A stretch of DNA of 64,000 nucleotides from a virus. Its lineage: Duplodnaviria; Caudoviricetes. A model generated the notes under the pieces. It worked only from the letters and a program-made list of their open reading frames with translations, did no database searches and had not been told where the DNA came from. The stretch covers positions 32,001-96,000 of the IMG/VR virus record IMGVR_UViG_2522572155_000001. One strand, written 5' to 3'. Positions within the stretch are counted from its first letter, which is position 1, and the number at the start of each line of letters is the position of its first letter. A program made the position numbers and the translations under genes. Shown here piece after piece: positions 35,320-45,218 of this stretch.

Positions 35320-36687
35320 TTAGTTGACCGATGGGACACGAAGGACAATGCCGCCAGCATCGTCCACGGCGAGGTCGATTACGTATGGGATAGTGCGCGC
35401 CGCCACCTTGCCGTCAACGGTTCGGAGGACGACGGATGTCGGCGTTTCGATCTCTCTAGCGCCAAGAGCGGTGAGGCGCGCGATGCTGTGGCCCTCCTTG
35501 ATCCAGGTCAGGAAGTGAGTGCTGTTGGCCCCAGCGCCAAGATACGCGATCGCTGCGGATCCCGATCGGATAATGAAGTTCGGAAGTAGCTGGTTACCCG
35601 ATGCGCTCAGCCCTAGCGCGCCCGAGCCTGTCTTGAGGTAGTTGCTTGTGACGACACCAACGGACTTGAAGCCTGAAACAACCACGCGAGTGACGCCCGC
35701 TCCGGCCCGAGCAATCTCCGTGTACGGCAAGAAGGTGTCCGCACCAGACGCGACGAACCTCTCCACTGCCCCGCCAGACTTCACGTGGGTCTGCGACGGT
35801 AGGAACTGCTTGCTACCGGAGGCAACCGTCCGGAGCGCTCCTGTGCCTGTCACAGGGTTGATGGCGGGCCGGATCCGTATCGAGAGCCCGGACCCGCCGA
35901 GGGCCGTGATCGCGGTACCCGTCTTGGAGATGACCGTGAAGGGGATGAAGAGCTTGGCGCCGGACGCAGTGCGCACCGTGATCGCTGCGCCGGTACGCGT
36001 CACGTGATGTTCCATCGCGCCACGTGCCTGCCAGCCGATCGGAGCCGCCAGGGACAGCATTCCGTAGCGCGGGGTCCCTGTGCCTCCGGCCCCACCGCCG
36101 GACGTCGACTTGACGAGAGAACGGGGACCCGAAGCTCCTAGCGCCGTGATGCCCGAGCCAGTCTTGATGATGCTGTTGAGCTTCCTCGTGCCGGTCGCGC
36201 TCCATCCGGGCGCACGAGAGAGGGTGAGCAGGCCGAATGACGGCGTGCCGCTGCCGCCTGCGCCGCCGCCTCGCTTGACGAGACGTAGGACGGCGACGGA
36301 CGCACCCGAGCCACTCCATGCAGTCGTAGCGGAGCCGGTTCGCTGCTTCGGGATAGCGCCGATCGCAGCGACGCCGGTCTTAGGAATGATATTGGCGACG
36401 ACGTTCGTCTTGCCGCCCGAAGCGGCCCAGGCAGATACTCCGGCGCCCGTCTTGGTCTTGTCGCTGTTATGTACCTCGGTGCCGGACCCTACCCAGATGG
36501 AGACGCCCGAGCCGGACTTGATGAATGGGATGGCTCCGAGGACGCCGATGCCGGACTTGGCCGTTTCGGCACCGACCGCACCGTGAAAGCTAGACCCAGA
36601 GGCAGTGAGGGTAGTCTTCGCTCCCCCGATGTTGAGTAGGGGTAGCTTGCCTAGCCCAGCAGAGCCCGTCTTGCTGTACGTAGGCAT
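35320..36687 (-). CDS. Gly/Thr-rich repetitive virion protein
   Basis: recurring (K/R)(T/S)G...SG units. Confidence 0.65.
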   Translation of the reverse strand: MPTYSKTGSAGLGKLPLLNIGGAKTTLTASGSSFHGAVGAETAKSGIGVLGAIPFIKSGSGVSIWVGSGTEVHNSDKTKTGAGVSAWAASGGKTNVVANIIPKTGVAAIGAIPKQRTGSATTAWSGSGASVAVLRLVKRGGGAGGSGTPSFGLLTLSRAPGWSATGTRKLNSIIKTGSGITALGASGPRSLVKSTSGGGAGGTGTPRYGMLSLAAPIGWQARGAMEHHVTRTGAAITVRTASGAKLFIPFTVISKTGTAITALGGSGLSIRIRPAINPVTGTGALRTVASGSKQFLPSQTHVKSGGAVERFVASGADTFLPYTEIARAGAGVTRVVVSGFKSVGVVTSNYLKTGSGALGLSASGNQLLPNFIIRSGSAAIAYLGAGANSTHFLTWIKEGHSIARLTALGAREIETPTSVVLRTVDGKVAARTIPYVIDLAVDDAGGIVLRVPSVN

Positions 36688-36691
36688 GGGC

Positions 36692-37354
36692 TCACGGTCC
36701 GACTAGCGCGATACCGGTCTTGGTGTACGTGACTCCCGATGAGGAAGCCTTGAAGGTCGCAACGAGGCCGCCTACGGCGCTGCCCTCGGATGGCGTTGCC
36801 GTCGAGGTAACAGTGCCGGTGCTCGTGAGCGAACGAAGCGCCACGTGAATTCCGGTTCCATTCGTTCCCACTGCGGCTACGGTGGTCGCCGGATTCGCGG
36901 TAAAGCCATTAGTCCAAGTAGCGCTAATCGTGCCGCCGACCGCCGTCATGCCTACAGCGGCAACCGCAAGTTCATCATTCTGCGCGGTCGCTGCTGTTGT
37001 GCCGGTGGTGGCGCCTCCGCTTGCGTGTGCGGTCTGGTCCAGGACGCCGGAGGTGGCATTCCCGGTGAACTGCATCACTACCAACTCTGCCGATGCTGCC
37101 ACACTCGGAGCGATCGTCACCGTGGATGACTCCGACGAACCGGCGATCTTGTACCACAGGTAGAGGCCGGTGCCTCCGATGGAGGAATCCGCGAGCGACC
37201 ATCCAGTGCTGCTCATTGTGAGCGTTGCGTCGGAGTTGGCGGCACATAGGAGCAGCCGTCCCGACGCGGGCGCGGTTGTGAATGTCGCGGAGAGCGTAGT
37301 TACGTTCGCAGCGGAAGAAACGGCGACAGCAGGTTCAAATAGTGTCAGTGGCAT
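36692..37354 (-). CDS. virion structural protein
   Basis: Ala/Thr/Ser-rich beta-type composition; LWYKIA. Confidence 0.6.
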   Translation of the reverse strand: MPLTLFEPAVAVSSAANVTTLSATFTTAPASGRLLLCAANSDATLTMSSTGWSLADSSIGGTGLYLWYKIAGSSESSTVTIAPSVAASAELVVMQFTGNATSGVLDQTAHASGGATTGTTAATAQNDELAVAAVGMTAVGGTISATWTNGFTANPATTVAAVGTNGTGIHVALRSLTSTGTVTSTATPSEGSAVGGLVATFKASSSGVTYTKTGIALVGP

Positions 37355-37363
37355 GATCTATGC

Positions 37364-38404
37364 TTAGCCGCACCGAGTGTTTGAACTAGTGCTGGTGTCG
37401 TCCCACACGTTGCCGGATACGACCGTGCCTGCGGGAAGAGCGAGGCACATTCCGTACGCGCCACCGCGAGGGAAGTAGCCATTGACATCGGCGCCAGCGG
37501 AACAGACCCATGAACCGCCCCCGCTCGCGACTTCAACGCCTCCACCACAGCGTGCGACGCGATTGTTGGTGATCGAGACGGTGCCCGTGCCATCGCTTGA
37601 AGAGTTGGCGCATCCGTAGATCGAGTAACCACCACCGGCAAGCAGGTTGTTGTTGATGGTGAGGTGGTTCGTGCAGGGGCCGCCGGAACCATTTCCGGTG
37701 TTCGCGAAGATATTGGCGGTCTGATCCTGCTTGTTGATGAACGTGTTATGGTCGGCTAGGAGGGTGTGACCGTCGCTGTAGGTGTTCTCTAGATGGTCGC
37801 CCACGATGGCAAGATCGATGACCGAGTAGGTGTCACGGATCTCAGCGTTGCCGCACCAGCACAGTGAATCGATCGTGCCGTGCTGGTACGCATTGTTGAT
37901 GTGTAGCTGACCACCCGCCGGGTTGCGAATCGCATGCTCGACAGTTGTGCCCGCTGAAGTCAACTCCACGTGCGACACCGTGACGCTGTATGGCCCGGTG
38001 AGCGTGATGATAGAGTTACCACACGTGGAGGTCGTTCCGCATCCTGCGCCGCTAGCGGTGATGCGAGTGTTCTGGATCGTCACGTTGTCGGCGCTCACCG
38101 TAATGCCGCCGGTGACATCCTTGCCATCGATCACCTGCCCCGGCGTCGACGCCGTGATGCTTCCGGAGGCGGTTAGGGTTGTGCCAGACGGTACGCCTAC
38201 GGTTCCGAAGGCGGGATCAGGGAACCCGCACGCTCCAGGCGAAGAGAAACAATGGTCGGTACGCGCGGTAGCCGTTGCTGTGGCCGTAGGAGTAGGCGTT
38301 GGAATTCCGCCGCCTCCACCGGTTGAACTCGCCACGACGCCGCCAGCGACGGCACCACTGACGAGAATCGTCGTGATGACTCGCCGCCAGGTGCTTCCTA
38401 CCAT
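37364..38404 (-). CDS. beta-helix-like protein with signal peptide and PT linker
   Basis: hydrophobic N-terminus, PTPTPT, VIDGKDVTGGITVSADNVTIQNTRI. Confidence 0.7.
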   Translation of the reverse strand: MVGSTWRRVITTILVSGAVAGGVVASSTGGGGGIPTPTPTATATATARTDHCFSSPGACGFPDPAFGTVGVPSGTTLTASGSITASTPGQVIDGKDVTGGITVSADNVTIQNTRITASGAGCGTTSTCGNSIITLTGPYSVTVSHVELTSAGTTVEHAIRNPAGGQLHINNAYQHGTIDSLCWCGNAEIRDTYSVIDLAIVGDHLENTYSDGHTLLADHNTFINKQDQTANIFANTGNGSGGPCTNHLTINNNLLAGGGYSIYGCANSSSDGTGTVSITNNRVARCGGGVEVASGGGSWVCSAGADVNGYFPRGGAYGMCLALPAGTVVSGNVWDDTSTSSNTRCG

Positions 38405-38820
38405 TCGGTGTACCCCACCGGACCCGCTGTGCCGCTGGCCTCTAGAATCATGGAGACTGTGGCCGTCGTGGGCCAGTAACCGGTCGCCTTTGCGGGAAGA
38501 TAGGTTCCCTGCCCGGCGACGGCGGTAGAGCCGAACGCGAGCCAGACGCCGCTGGCGCCGCCGTTGCTGATCTCGACCATTGTGCGACCAGTATTCGCCG
38601 CGACAAGAGTGCCCGCCGCCAGCGCTGAGTTTGCACCGCCCTTGCTCAGAGCATTACCCTTGACAGGGTCACGCACGGGGAGCGGGTTCAGCAGCGAGAC
38701 ATCCGTGGCCGCACCATCTGTGCCGAAGTTCGGCTTGATGCGCTGGTACAGGACACCTGCGACATCGTCGGCAGCGACAACCGCACCGCCGCCGGGGGTA
38801 ACGTTGAGGTTGTCAGCCAT
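38398..38820 (-). CDS. virion structural protein
   Basis: ORF track; structural context. Confidence 0.6.
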   Translation of the reverse strand: MADNLNVTPGGGAVVAADDVAGVLYQRIKPNFGTDGAATDVSLLNPLPVRDPVKGNALSKGGANSALAAGTLVAANTGRTMVEISNGGASGVWLAFGSTAVAGQGTYLPAKATGYWPTTATVSMILEASGTAGPVGYTEW

Positions 38821-38825
38821 TGGAC

Positions 38826-39260
38826 TTAGTTGTTGGCCTGGATAGTCGGCGTGACCTTGATGACATCGTTCGTGGCGATCGATACCGCCGTGGTGTCATC
38901 GAAGTTCGCCGCGAAGATGCACTTGTCACCCGCGTTGGACGACTGATTTGCGAGCCAGAACCCGTTGATGGGCGCAGACCCGGGAGTTGTAGCAGTCGGG
39001 AACGTCTTCTGAGCGGCAGTCGTCTTACGACCACCGGTTCCGGCACCGAGTGCGCCCCAATCGGCTGCGAGAACCGCTACGCGCGCATAAGCGCCGAAGT
39101 CGGACTCGGTGTAGTTGTCGGCTACCGACGTTGATGCGCCGACCGTCGCGGCAGTGAACGACGTGAAGAGCGCGAGAAACGTCGTCGTGAGGTTGGCTCC
39201 TCCCTTAGGGAAGATGTTGAGAATGATGTCGAGCCCCTCGTCGGGGAAGATTTCGGCCAT
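38826..39260 (-). CDS. phage tail-fibre-associated protein
   Basis: FLALFT...GAYARV...TFPTAT pattern. Confidence 0.65.
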   Translation of the reverse strand: MAEIFPDEGLDIILNIFPKGGANLTTTFLALFTSFTAATVGASTSVADNYTESDFGAYARVAVLAADWGALGAGTGGRKTTAAQKTFPTATTPGSAPINGFWLANQSSNAGDKCIFAANFDDTTAVSIATNDVIKVTPTIQANN

Positions 39261-39266
39261 TGGGGA

Positions 39267-39479
39267 TTACCTCCTCCGGGAGGGATTCGTGATGGGAATT
39301 TGGGTGGGGCGAGCGTCACCGTTTGAGCGGCAATGCGTGCAGAACCATCGGTCGCGCGATAGGAAGAGAATCGAGCTAACCCGCTCGCACTCCGCGCACA
39401 CGGTTAGCTGTAGGGAAGGACGGCCGCCGCGATGTGCCTCGACCGCCGGATGCCCTGAGATTTCACGGGTAAGTGCCAT
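39267..39479 (-). CDS. small Zn-ribbon protein
   Basis: CAEC...CTHC. Confidence 0.6.
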   Translation of the reverse strand: MALTREISGHPAVEAHRGGRPSLQLTVCAECERVSSILFLSRDRWFCTHCRSNGDARPTQIPITNPSRRR

Positions 39480-39508
39480 CGATGCTTATGGGGATGGCCG
39501 CTGTAGCT

Positions 39509-39856
39509 TTAGAGGTCACGGACTCGAAAGAGACCGTGCAGCAGGGCGTCGGTCCTTCCGGCTGGCGAAGTAACCGTCAGCGAGTAGGCGGCAGCGTTGA
39601 ACGTCCACGAGGCGGTGACCTCTGGAGTGGCCTGGAGGAAGATGATGCCCCCGGCGCGCAACTCGATCATCGCATTCTCGGTGGTCATCGCGGCGAGTGT
39701 TACGCCGCCGATCTTGTCGCGCAGTATGAGTTCGGCAGTGAACCCGGTGAGATCGTGCGGGCTCGCCTCATCGCGATCCTCGTAGTACGTGATCGCCTTC
39801 TCAAAGGTGGTACCCCTCCACACGGTGAAGGACAGTCTTGCTGGATCAACGCTCAT
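39509..39856 (-). CDS. virion/baseplate-associated protein
   Basis: RGTTF...DLTGFTAEL...YSL...LLHG. Confidence 0.65.
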   Translation of the reverse strand: MSVDPARLSFTVWRGTTFEKAITYYEDRDEASPHDLTGFTAELILRDKIGGVTLAAMTTENAMIELRAGGIIFLQATPEVTASWTFNAAAYSLTVTSPAGRTDALLHGLFRVRDL

Positions 39857-39898
39857 CTCCCTCATTACGAGGCAGAAGGGCGCCAATGTCATGCCCAG

Positions 39899-41953
39899 TT
39901 AGAAGCCTCTACGCTTGCCTCGGGCACGGAAGCCCGAGCGCGCGGGATTGGTCCCGATCTGCCGGGCGCGACTGGCAGGCGAGCCGCCGGGTGACTGTTC
40001 GCCAGCGCGACCGCCTGAGAACTGCCCAAAGAGAGGATGCTTGCCGTTGCCCGGTCCGCCACCGGCCAGGGGGTACCCGCCGAGTGCGCCGAGTCCGAGC
40101 GGGGTGCTGCCGAGGGAGGCCATCATCTGATCGCGGAGTCGGTTGGAGAGGAAGGACTCCGTGACGGTCATCACGCAGTCGGCCATGTCCTTGGTCTGGA
40201 CGGGGCCGATCTCCTGCTTGTCTACACGCGGTGTGAGGCCGGTGCTGATCTGCTGGAGGTACTTCAACTCTAGAGCGCAGTAGCGATTATCCGGCGTGTC
40301 TGCCGGGCCGTGGACGAGGTCACGGTAGAGACACGTGCGGAAGATTTCGGACCGGTTCCAGTTGCTCTGCGAGGTTGCTGACTTCTTGAAGACCTTCACT
40401 CCTCCGACGTTGCGCATCCGTAGCTCCTTGTTGAGCCACTCGATCGGCGCGTCGGAGTTGAACTGGTCCATCGTGATCTCTGTGGGACGGAAGAGATCGA
40501 TGTATCCATAGACCTCCCGTAGGACGGTCTCCCACTCGATCACGCCGCTCTCGAAGTTCTGCGGCTGCCAGCGCTTGATGATGTCGAAGACGACGTGCTC
40601 CTCCGGCTCGCCGTCCGAGCCGGGAAATGCTTCGAGGTGTCCGAGCGCGAAACCAAAGCCCGCCGTGGTGGAGGACGGGTCGAGGTGCGCGCGGTACTCG
40701 TAGAGGAAGCCGTTAGGTGAGGTGTAGTTGGAGGCGACGGCAATGTGCGAGCCGTCCGGGGCGGGCACGCCCTCAAACATGCGGTCTACGGCCTTGGGGT
40801 CAAGGTACGCGTCGATGATCTCGCTGAACTGCCCACGACGCTCCACCTTGTACGTGTCGGGGTTCTGCTTCTCTTCGTCTCGTGCCAGCTTGATACCGAT
40901 GCGGTCGTCCTCGGAGAAGAAGTACGTGCCGTCTTCGTTCTTCTGCTCGTGATCCCAGTCAGGCGACTGCGTGATGCACTTGCGGGGTCCCTTGTACAGC
41001 GGCTCTTCCCACCAGCCCTCGAACAGTGCCCAGGAAGGGAACTGGAAGGACACCATGTAGGGGTTCAGCGGGATAGACGGGTGATCCTTCTCCACCGCCA
41101 TGCCAGCCTGGAAGCGCTCGAAGAATCGGCCGAGCTTCGTATAGGGCGACGAGTTGCAGAACATCATCGCCTCCTTGCCGAACTGCGCCAGCGACGGGAG
41201 GGCCGCGTCGTACACCTTCTCTGCGGACGCGTCGGTCTCCGCGCCTACCTCCATGAACGCCATCTCGTCAAAGGCAATCGCCATCGTTGTGGAACCGCGA
41301 ATCGTGGAGGCGTTGGCTGCGAGTGCGTTACCTCGGAGCTTCGAGATGTCGCGCCCGATCTTGTGTGACTTGCGGCGGTGAGCCGCCATCTTTCGGAGGT
41401 CCGCCTCCGTCGCGACGGAGAACTCCTTCTCGTACAGCTTCGTGAGGTTGTCCCCGAACGCGTGGCACTCCGAGACGGTGGTGGCGAGGTCGGAGTACTG
41501 GAACTTGCGGGCCTGGTCCAGGGACGCCGCCACGCAGGAGAAGTAGATCTGCTTCTCGGGGTCGATGCCGTATGCGGTGTTCGGATCCTCTAGCTGGAGG
41601 GTGTCGAACATCTTCTTGGCCATCGCGAGCCCCGTGACGAACCCCTTGGAGCAACGACGGCCACCGACTAGCACTACCTCGCGGAAGTGGGGGAACCCCT
41701 GGTCGCGGAGACTGTCGATCCGCTTGCGGATGTGCGGTGCGAGGACGATCTCGCCGCCACGCCCGCCCTGCATCCAGTAGTTGAGTGTGTCTTCCTCGCG
41801 ATTGGATAGCTCCTCTAGGAAGAACAGCTTGAGCAGGAGCTTCTGCCGTGGGTACAGCGACTTGCCGCAGAAGTCGCTCGACTCTGCGAACTCCTCGATG
41901 CTCACCTTCCTAGGAGCGAGCGAGGACTCCAGTTCCTTGAGGAAGTCCGCCAT
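39899..41953 (-). CDS. terL: terminase large subunit
   Basis: GGRRCSKG (Walker A), IAFDEMAF (Walker B), NSSP, HLDPS nuclease motif, KDMADC. Confidence 0.9.
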   Translation of the reverse strand: MADFLKELESSLAPRKVSIEEFAESSDFCGKSLYPRQKLLLKLFFLEELSNREEDTLNYWMQGGRGGEIVLAPHIRKRIDSLRDQGFPHFREVVLVGGRRCSKGFVTGLAMAKKMFDTLQLEDPNTAYGIDPEKQIYFSCVAASLDQARKFQYSDLATTVSECHAFGDNLTKLYEKEFSVATEADLRKMAAHRRKSHKIGRDISKLRGNALAANASTIRGSTTMAIAFDEMAFMEVGAETDASAEKVYDAALPSLAQFGKEAMMFCNSSPYTKLGRFFERFQAGMAVEKDHPSIPLNPYMVSFQFPSWALFEGWWEEPLYKGPRKCITQSPDWDHEQKNEDGTYFFSEDDRIGIKLARDEEKQNPDTYKVERRGQFSEIIDAYLDPKAVDRMFEGVPAPDGSHIAVASNYTSPNGFLYEYRAHLDPSSTTAGFGFALGHLEAFPGSDGEPEEHVVFDIIKRWQPQNFESGVIEWETVLREVYGYIDLFRPTEITMDQFNSDAPIEWLNKELRMRNVGGVKVFKKSATSQSNWNRSEIFRTCLYRDLVHGPADTPDNRYCALELKYLQQISTGLTPRVDKQEIGPVQTKDMADCVMTVTESFLSNRLRDQMMASLGSTPLGLGALGGYPLAGGGPGNGKHPLFGQFSGGRAGEQSPGGSPASRARQIGTNPARSGFRARGKRRGF

Positions 41954-41959
41954 GCAGGA

Positions 41960-42394
41960 CTACTTCTCGCGGCGCGCGTTGGGAGCTTCCTTCTGCCCCA
42001 GGAAGTCCTCACCGCGTTCCTTGGACTTGCGTACCTCGTACTGCTTCTGCTCGTGATCGAAGCCGTACGTGTGCTGGGAGTGACCGCTGATCTTGCCGAG
42101 GATCTCTACGACCGGCGGCTCTCCGTAGAGGCAGGGAGCCGGGTCTACGGTTGCGAGGATGCCCATCTCCGCGAGGCGGGTGACGTACTCGTCACGCATG
42201 GCCTCTAGGTTGTCTGCGGTGTTCGCCATGTAGCCGTACTTCTGCTGTAGGCGTACGTGAAGCTGGAGGACCGCCTGCACTTCTGTGTCCAGTAGCTCGG
42301 TGGCGAACTCAGCGAACTGCTTGCCGCTCGTGATCTTGTCGTCGGGTACCTGGGGGTTCATAACTCTCTTCTCGTTGACTGGACTGACCTGCAA
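41960..42394 (-). CDS. hypothetical protein
   Basis: ORF track; upstream of terL. Confidence 0.65.
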   Translation of the reverse strand: MQVSPVNEKRVMNPQVPDDKITSGKQFAEFATELLDTEVQAVLQLHVRLQQKYGYMANTADNLEAMRDEYVTRLAEMGILATVDPAPCLYGEPPVVEILGKISGHSQHTYGFDHEQKQYEVRKSKERGEDFLGQKEAPNARREK

Positions 42395-42416
42395 CCCTTA
42401 TGGCGCCAGTACAACG

Positions 42417-42442
42417 ACAAAAGCCCGCACCAGGCGGGCTTC
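42417..42442 (-). terminator. intrinsic terminator
   Basis: AAGCCCGC-CTGGT-GCGGGCTT-TTGTCGTT. Confidence 0.75.
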
Positions 42443-42463
42443 AGTCGGCTCAGGAGAGGAGAC

Positions 42464-43027
42464 TTAGGAGTTGGCCGGAAGGACCGTGCCGCTTGCGAGG
42501 CGCGCGTTCACGGCAGATACCGTGTACTGGCCTACGGAGCGGTGATGGTTCAGTGCCTGGCGGGTGACGATGTCGTCCACGTTGACAATCACGTCAGCCG
42601 TCGCCTGGAGCCGAGCCTGTCCTGCCTTGGCCGTCGCCGTGTTGCGTACCGGCACCGTTGCTACGACAAGCCCGGTCTGCGTGGTGTGCAAGAACGAGTT
42701 GGTCGTCGTCTCGAAGTAGCCAGTCTGGCCGTTCGACGCGGTGCCGACGTACACACGGTACTTCTGTGCGCCCGTGACGGCGGCCCACGCAAGGCTGACG
42801 CTGCTCGTGGCGCCGGTGAGGGCGCCCGAGTTGACCTCGGCTGCGGGGGTGGTCTCGCCAAAGTCGCCTAGGGCGGTGACCTTGTAGAAGTAGGTGCCCG
42901 CCGCAAGAGCGCCACCGTTGGCTGAAGGCGTGGGCGTGACGACGCCAGGGGCCGCTACAGCAGCCACGGCGAGGACGCGCACGCGCGAGGATCGATTGAG
43001 TGCCCGTAGGGCTACATAGGTCGGCAT
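42464..43027 (-). CDS. virion decoration-like protein with inserted Fn3-like domain
   Basis: GTYFYKVTA...GET...VSLAWAAVTGAQKYRVY; paralog of next gene. Confidence 0.7.
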   Translation of the reverse strand: MPTYVALRALNRSSRVRVLAVAAVAAPGVVTPTPSANGGALAAGTYFYKVTALGDFGETTPAAEVNSGALTGATSSVSLAWAAVTGAQKYRVYVGTASNGQTGYFETTTNSFLHTTQTGLVVATVPVRNTATAKAGQARLQATADVIVNVDDIVTRQALNHHRSVGQYTVSAVNARLASGTVLPANS

Positions 43028-43036
43028 GGCCAGACC

Positions 43037-43261
43037 TTAGGAGTTCGCCGGGAGGGCTACGCCGCCGTCGTTGGCGTTGCCTGCGGTAACGATCCACTGG
43101 CCCACCGCTGCATGACGGTTGAGGGCGCGGCGGTTGGTCGCGAGGTCAAGGTCCACAACCACATCGGTGGTTGGGGTGAGCTTGACGGTCGCGCCGGTAC
43201 GGTCTACGACCTTGATGTTGGCCGAGCGGTTGAGCGCCCGGACTGCTACATGCTGTGCCAT
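43037..43261 (-). CDS. small virion protein, paralog of 42464-43027
   Basis: shared VAxRALNRS...RxALNxHxxVGQ...LPANS. Confidence 0.75.
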   Translation of the reverse strand: MAQHVAVRALNRSANIKVVDRTGATVKLTPTTDVVVDLDLATNRRALNRHAAVGQWIVTAGNANDGGVALPANS

Positions 43262-43354
43262 CTGTGTTCCTCTTGGGGTTTGTTCTCGCCTACGCCAGCC
43301 GCAGTGTCACGTAGGCTTGGATGTCGCCAGTTACGCGACAGCGGGGTCCCCGAT

Positions 43355-44407
43355 TTATGGGTTACGTACTCGCATGATGGGGATGACCGTCACGTACGCC
43401 GCGCGCATGTCGAAGTTGGGCGGAAGCTGCCCGTCCGTCGATACAGGTGCGGATGGCACCTGCGTTAGGAGCGCGTCTACATTGAAAGTTGTGAATGGCG
43501 CGGTGCTCTCGGTGAACACGTCACCGTCCATGCCGCCCGTGTGCCCTCCATGGCTGTGGATCCCGCCACCCTGGATGCCATGGACGTGGTTACCGGCGCC
43601 GTTCATTGGGCGGGTCTGGCTTGTGTCTCCGGAGTTGAAGCCCGGGATGTACAGCGCCTGACGAATCCCGTCAGGGCTGGGGTCGCCCACGCGACGGCTT
43701 GCTAGGTGCTGACCGGAGCCGTTGTCTGCGTTCCACGTGTGCGTGTGATCCCCAGCAGGATCCATACCGTGGCCATGAAAGCCGTCCGCGTTGATGACGT
43801 GCGTGTGGCCGCTGACGCGGTGGGCATGCGAGTCCACTTGGTGACGGTGCGCAGGGATGGGGTGCGTGTGCCCGGCGACCGCGTGGGAGTGCGAGAGGTT
43901 TCGGAAGTTCGCACCGCCGAATACCTGCGTGCCCGAGCCGTCAGCCGCATAGGTGTAGAACACGAAGCGGTCCGTCCAGTTCGGCAACGTGACAGAGCCT
44001 GCGACGCCGGGGAGGTTGTGTTCCCCCTGCTGGAGCGTCTGCCCGCGAGGTACCTCGAACAGCGTGCCCGGTCCGGCCGGGATCGGCTGCGACGGATGCA
44101 GGCGCGTCCAGGGCAATGCGACACCGAGGGGGATGATCCCGGCGAGCAGGTTGGCGCTCGCCTTGATGAGGTCTACAGAGTGGTCCTGGAGCTTGCTCCC
44201 GGGGAGCGCGCCGTTGGCGATGTGCTGAGCCCCGATCGCGTTGTCCTCGATGCCGCCCCCGGGGATCTTCACTCCCTGGCCCGTGGTGTGGTTATGGCTA
44301 GCTACCGCGTTCCAGTTCTGCACCAACTCCCCGTGGGAGTAGGGATCATCAAGCTCATCCCAGAGGATGAGTTGGGTCATGAATTCTGCGTGGTTGATTT
44401 GGGCCAT
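43355..44407 (-). CDS. tail fibre protein with collar and H-x-H tip repeats
   Basis: start MAQINH; many HxH motifs; C-terminal YVTVIPIMRV. Confidence 0.8.
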   Translation of the reverse strand: MAQINHAEFMTQLILWDELDDPYSHGELVQNWNAVASHNHTTGQGVKIPGGGIEDNAIGAQHIANGALPGSKLQDHSVDLIKASANLLAGIIPLGVALPWTRLHPSQPIPAGPGTLFEVPRGQTLQQGEHNLPGVAGSVTLPNWTDRFVFYTYAADGSGTQVFGGANFRNLSHSHAVAGHTHPIPAHRHQVDSHAHRVSGHTHVINADGFHGHGMDPAGDHTHTWNADNGSGQHLASRRVGDPSPDGIRQALYIPGFNSGDTSQTRPMNGAGNHVHGIQGGGIHSHGGHTGGMDGDVFTESTAPFTTFNVDALLTQVPSAPVSTDGQLPPNFDMRAAYVTVIPIMRVRNP

Positions 44408-44409
44408 AG

Positions 44410-45216
44410 TTAGAAACCTGTTGTCCAAACCCACAGCTTGCGGTTCTTCGCCGTCACCGGGTCCGGGCCAGTGGCGTATCGCACCGACACATCGTACGTT
44501 CCCGCCGCCGCGAAGATGTGGCACACTCCACTACCTGCGAGCGTGCCGTTCGCTGGGCTGACGCCGATGATCTGGCCTGTCGTAGCGTCGCCTGTATACG
44601 CCCCCGATGAATTGGCGGAGGAGTGAAGCCCAAAACCGGACGTGGCGAGCGCGCGGTAGAGGTTCGCGCCGGTCGGCATGTTCGCCGCCGCCGACGCTGG
44701 GTTGGTCGCTGTGTCTAGGACTACCTGCACCTGCGTGGAGTTCAAGAACAGCGCCGCCATGGCGTTCGCGGGAGTCACGGCCTTCCACATCGCCTGAAAC
44801 GCTACGCTGATAAGGCCATCAGTCGGGAGAGAGACGCTGGTAACCCTGTCTGGTGTGGGCATTAGCTGGAAGCCGATGCCGCCAGTCGTCACAGATTCCT
44901 CCGCAGAGATCATTGACTTACCACGACGGACAGTGGTCCCCTGTGTGATCCCGAGGTACGTCGCGAATGCCGAGTCGAGCTTCGGGACGGTGACGGCACC
45001 GTTGAGAAGCTTGGTCGTCGTGACGGCGTCGGTCGCGAGCTTGAAGCTGCTTACCGAGCCGTCAGCGAACGAGTCAGCGCCCAGCGGCTTACCCTTGCCC
45101 GGAGAGTGATCGTGGTTGTCGATTCTCTGCATGTTCAGAGCAAGCTGCGCTGAACTGAACTGATCGGTGGGGGACGGCCATGCGACCAGTCCCATGTTGG
45201 CGAGGAGGGATGCCAT
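44410..45216 (-). CDS. tail fibre protein
   Basis: start MASLLAN; DGSVSSFKLATDAVTTTKL repeats; N-terminus similar to neighbour. Confidence 0.75.
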   Translation of the reverse strand: MASLLANMGLVAWPSPTDQFSSAQLALNMQRIDNHDHSPGKGKPLGADSFADGSVSSFKLATDAVTTTKLLNGAVTVPKLDSAFATYLGITQGTTVRRGKSMISAEESVTTGGIGFQLMPTPDRVTSVSLPTDGLISVAFQAMWKAVTPANAMAALFLNSTQVQVVLDTATNPASAAANMPTGANLYRALATSGFGLHSSANSSGAYTGDATTGQIIGVSPANGTLAGSGVCHIFAAAGTYDVSVRYATGPDPVTAKNRKLWVWTTGF

Positions 45217-45218
45217 GA

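Noticed and set aside
44170-44197. CTCTGTAGACC match to the right arm of the dif-like repeat in the tail fibre gene
   Set aside because: No left arm at 6-bp spacing; explained by Ser-Val-Asp codons. It shows that a half-site alone can occur by chance
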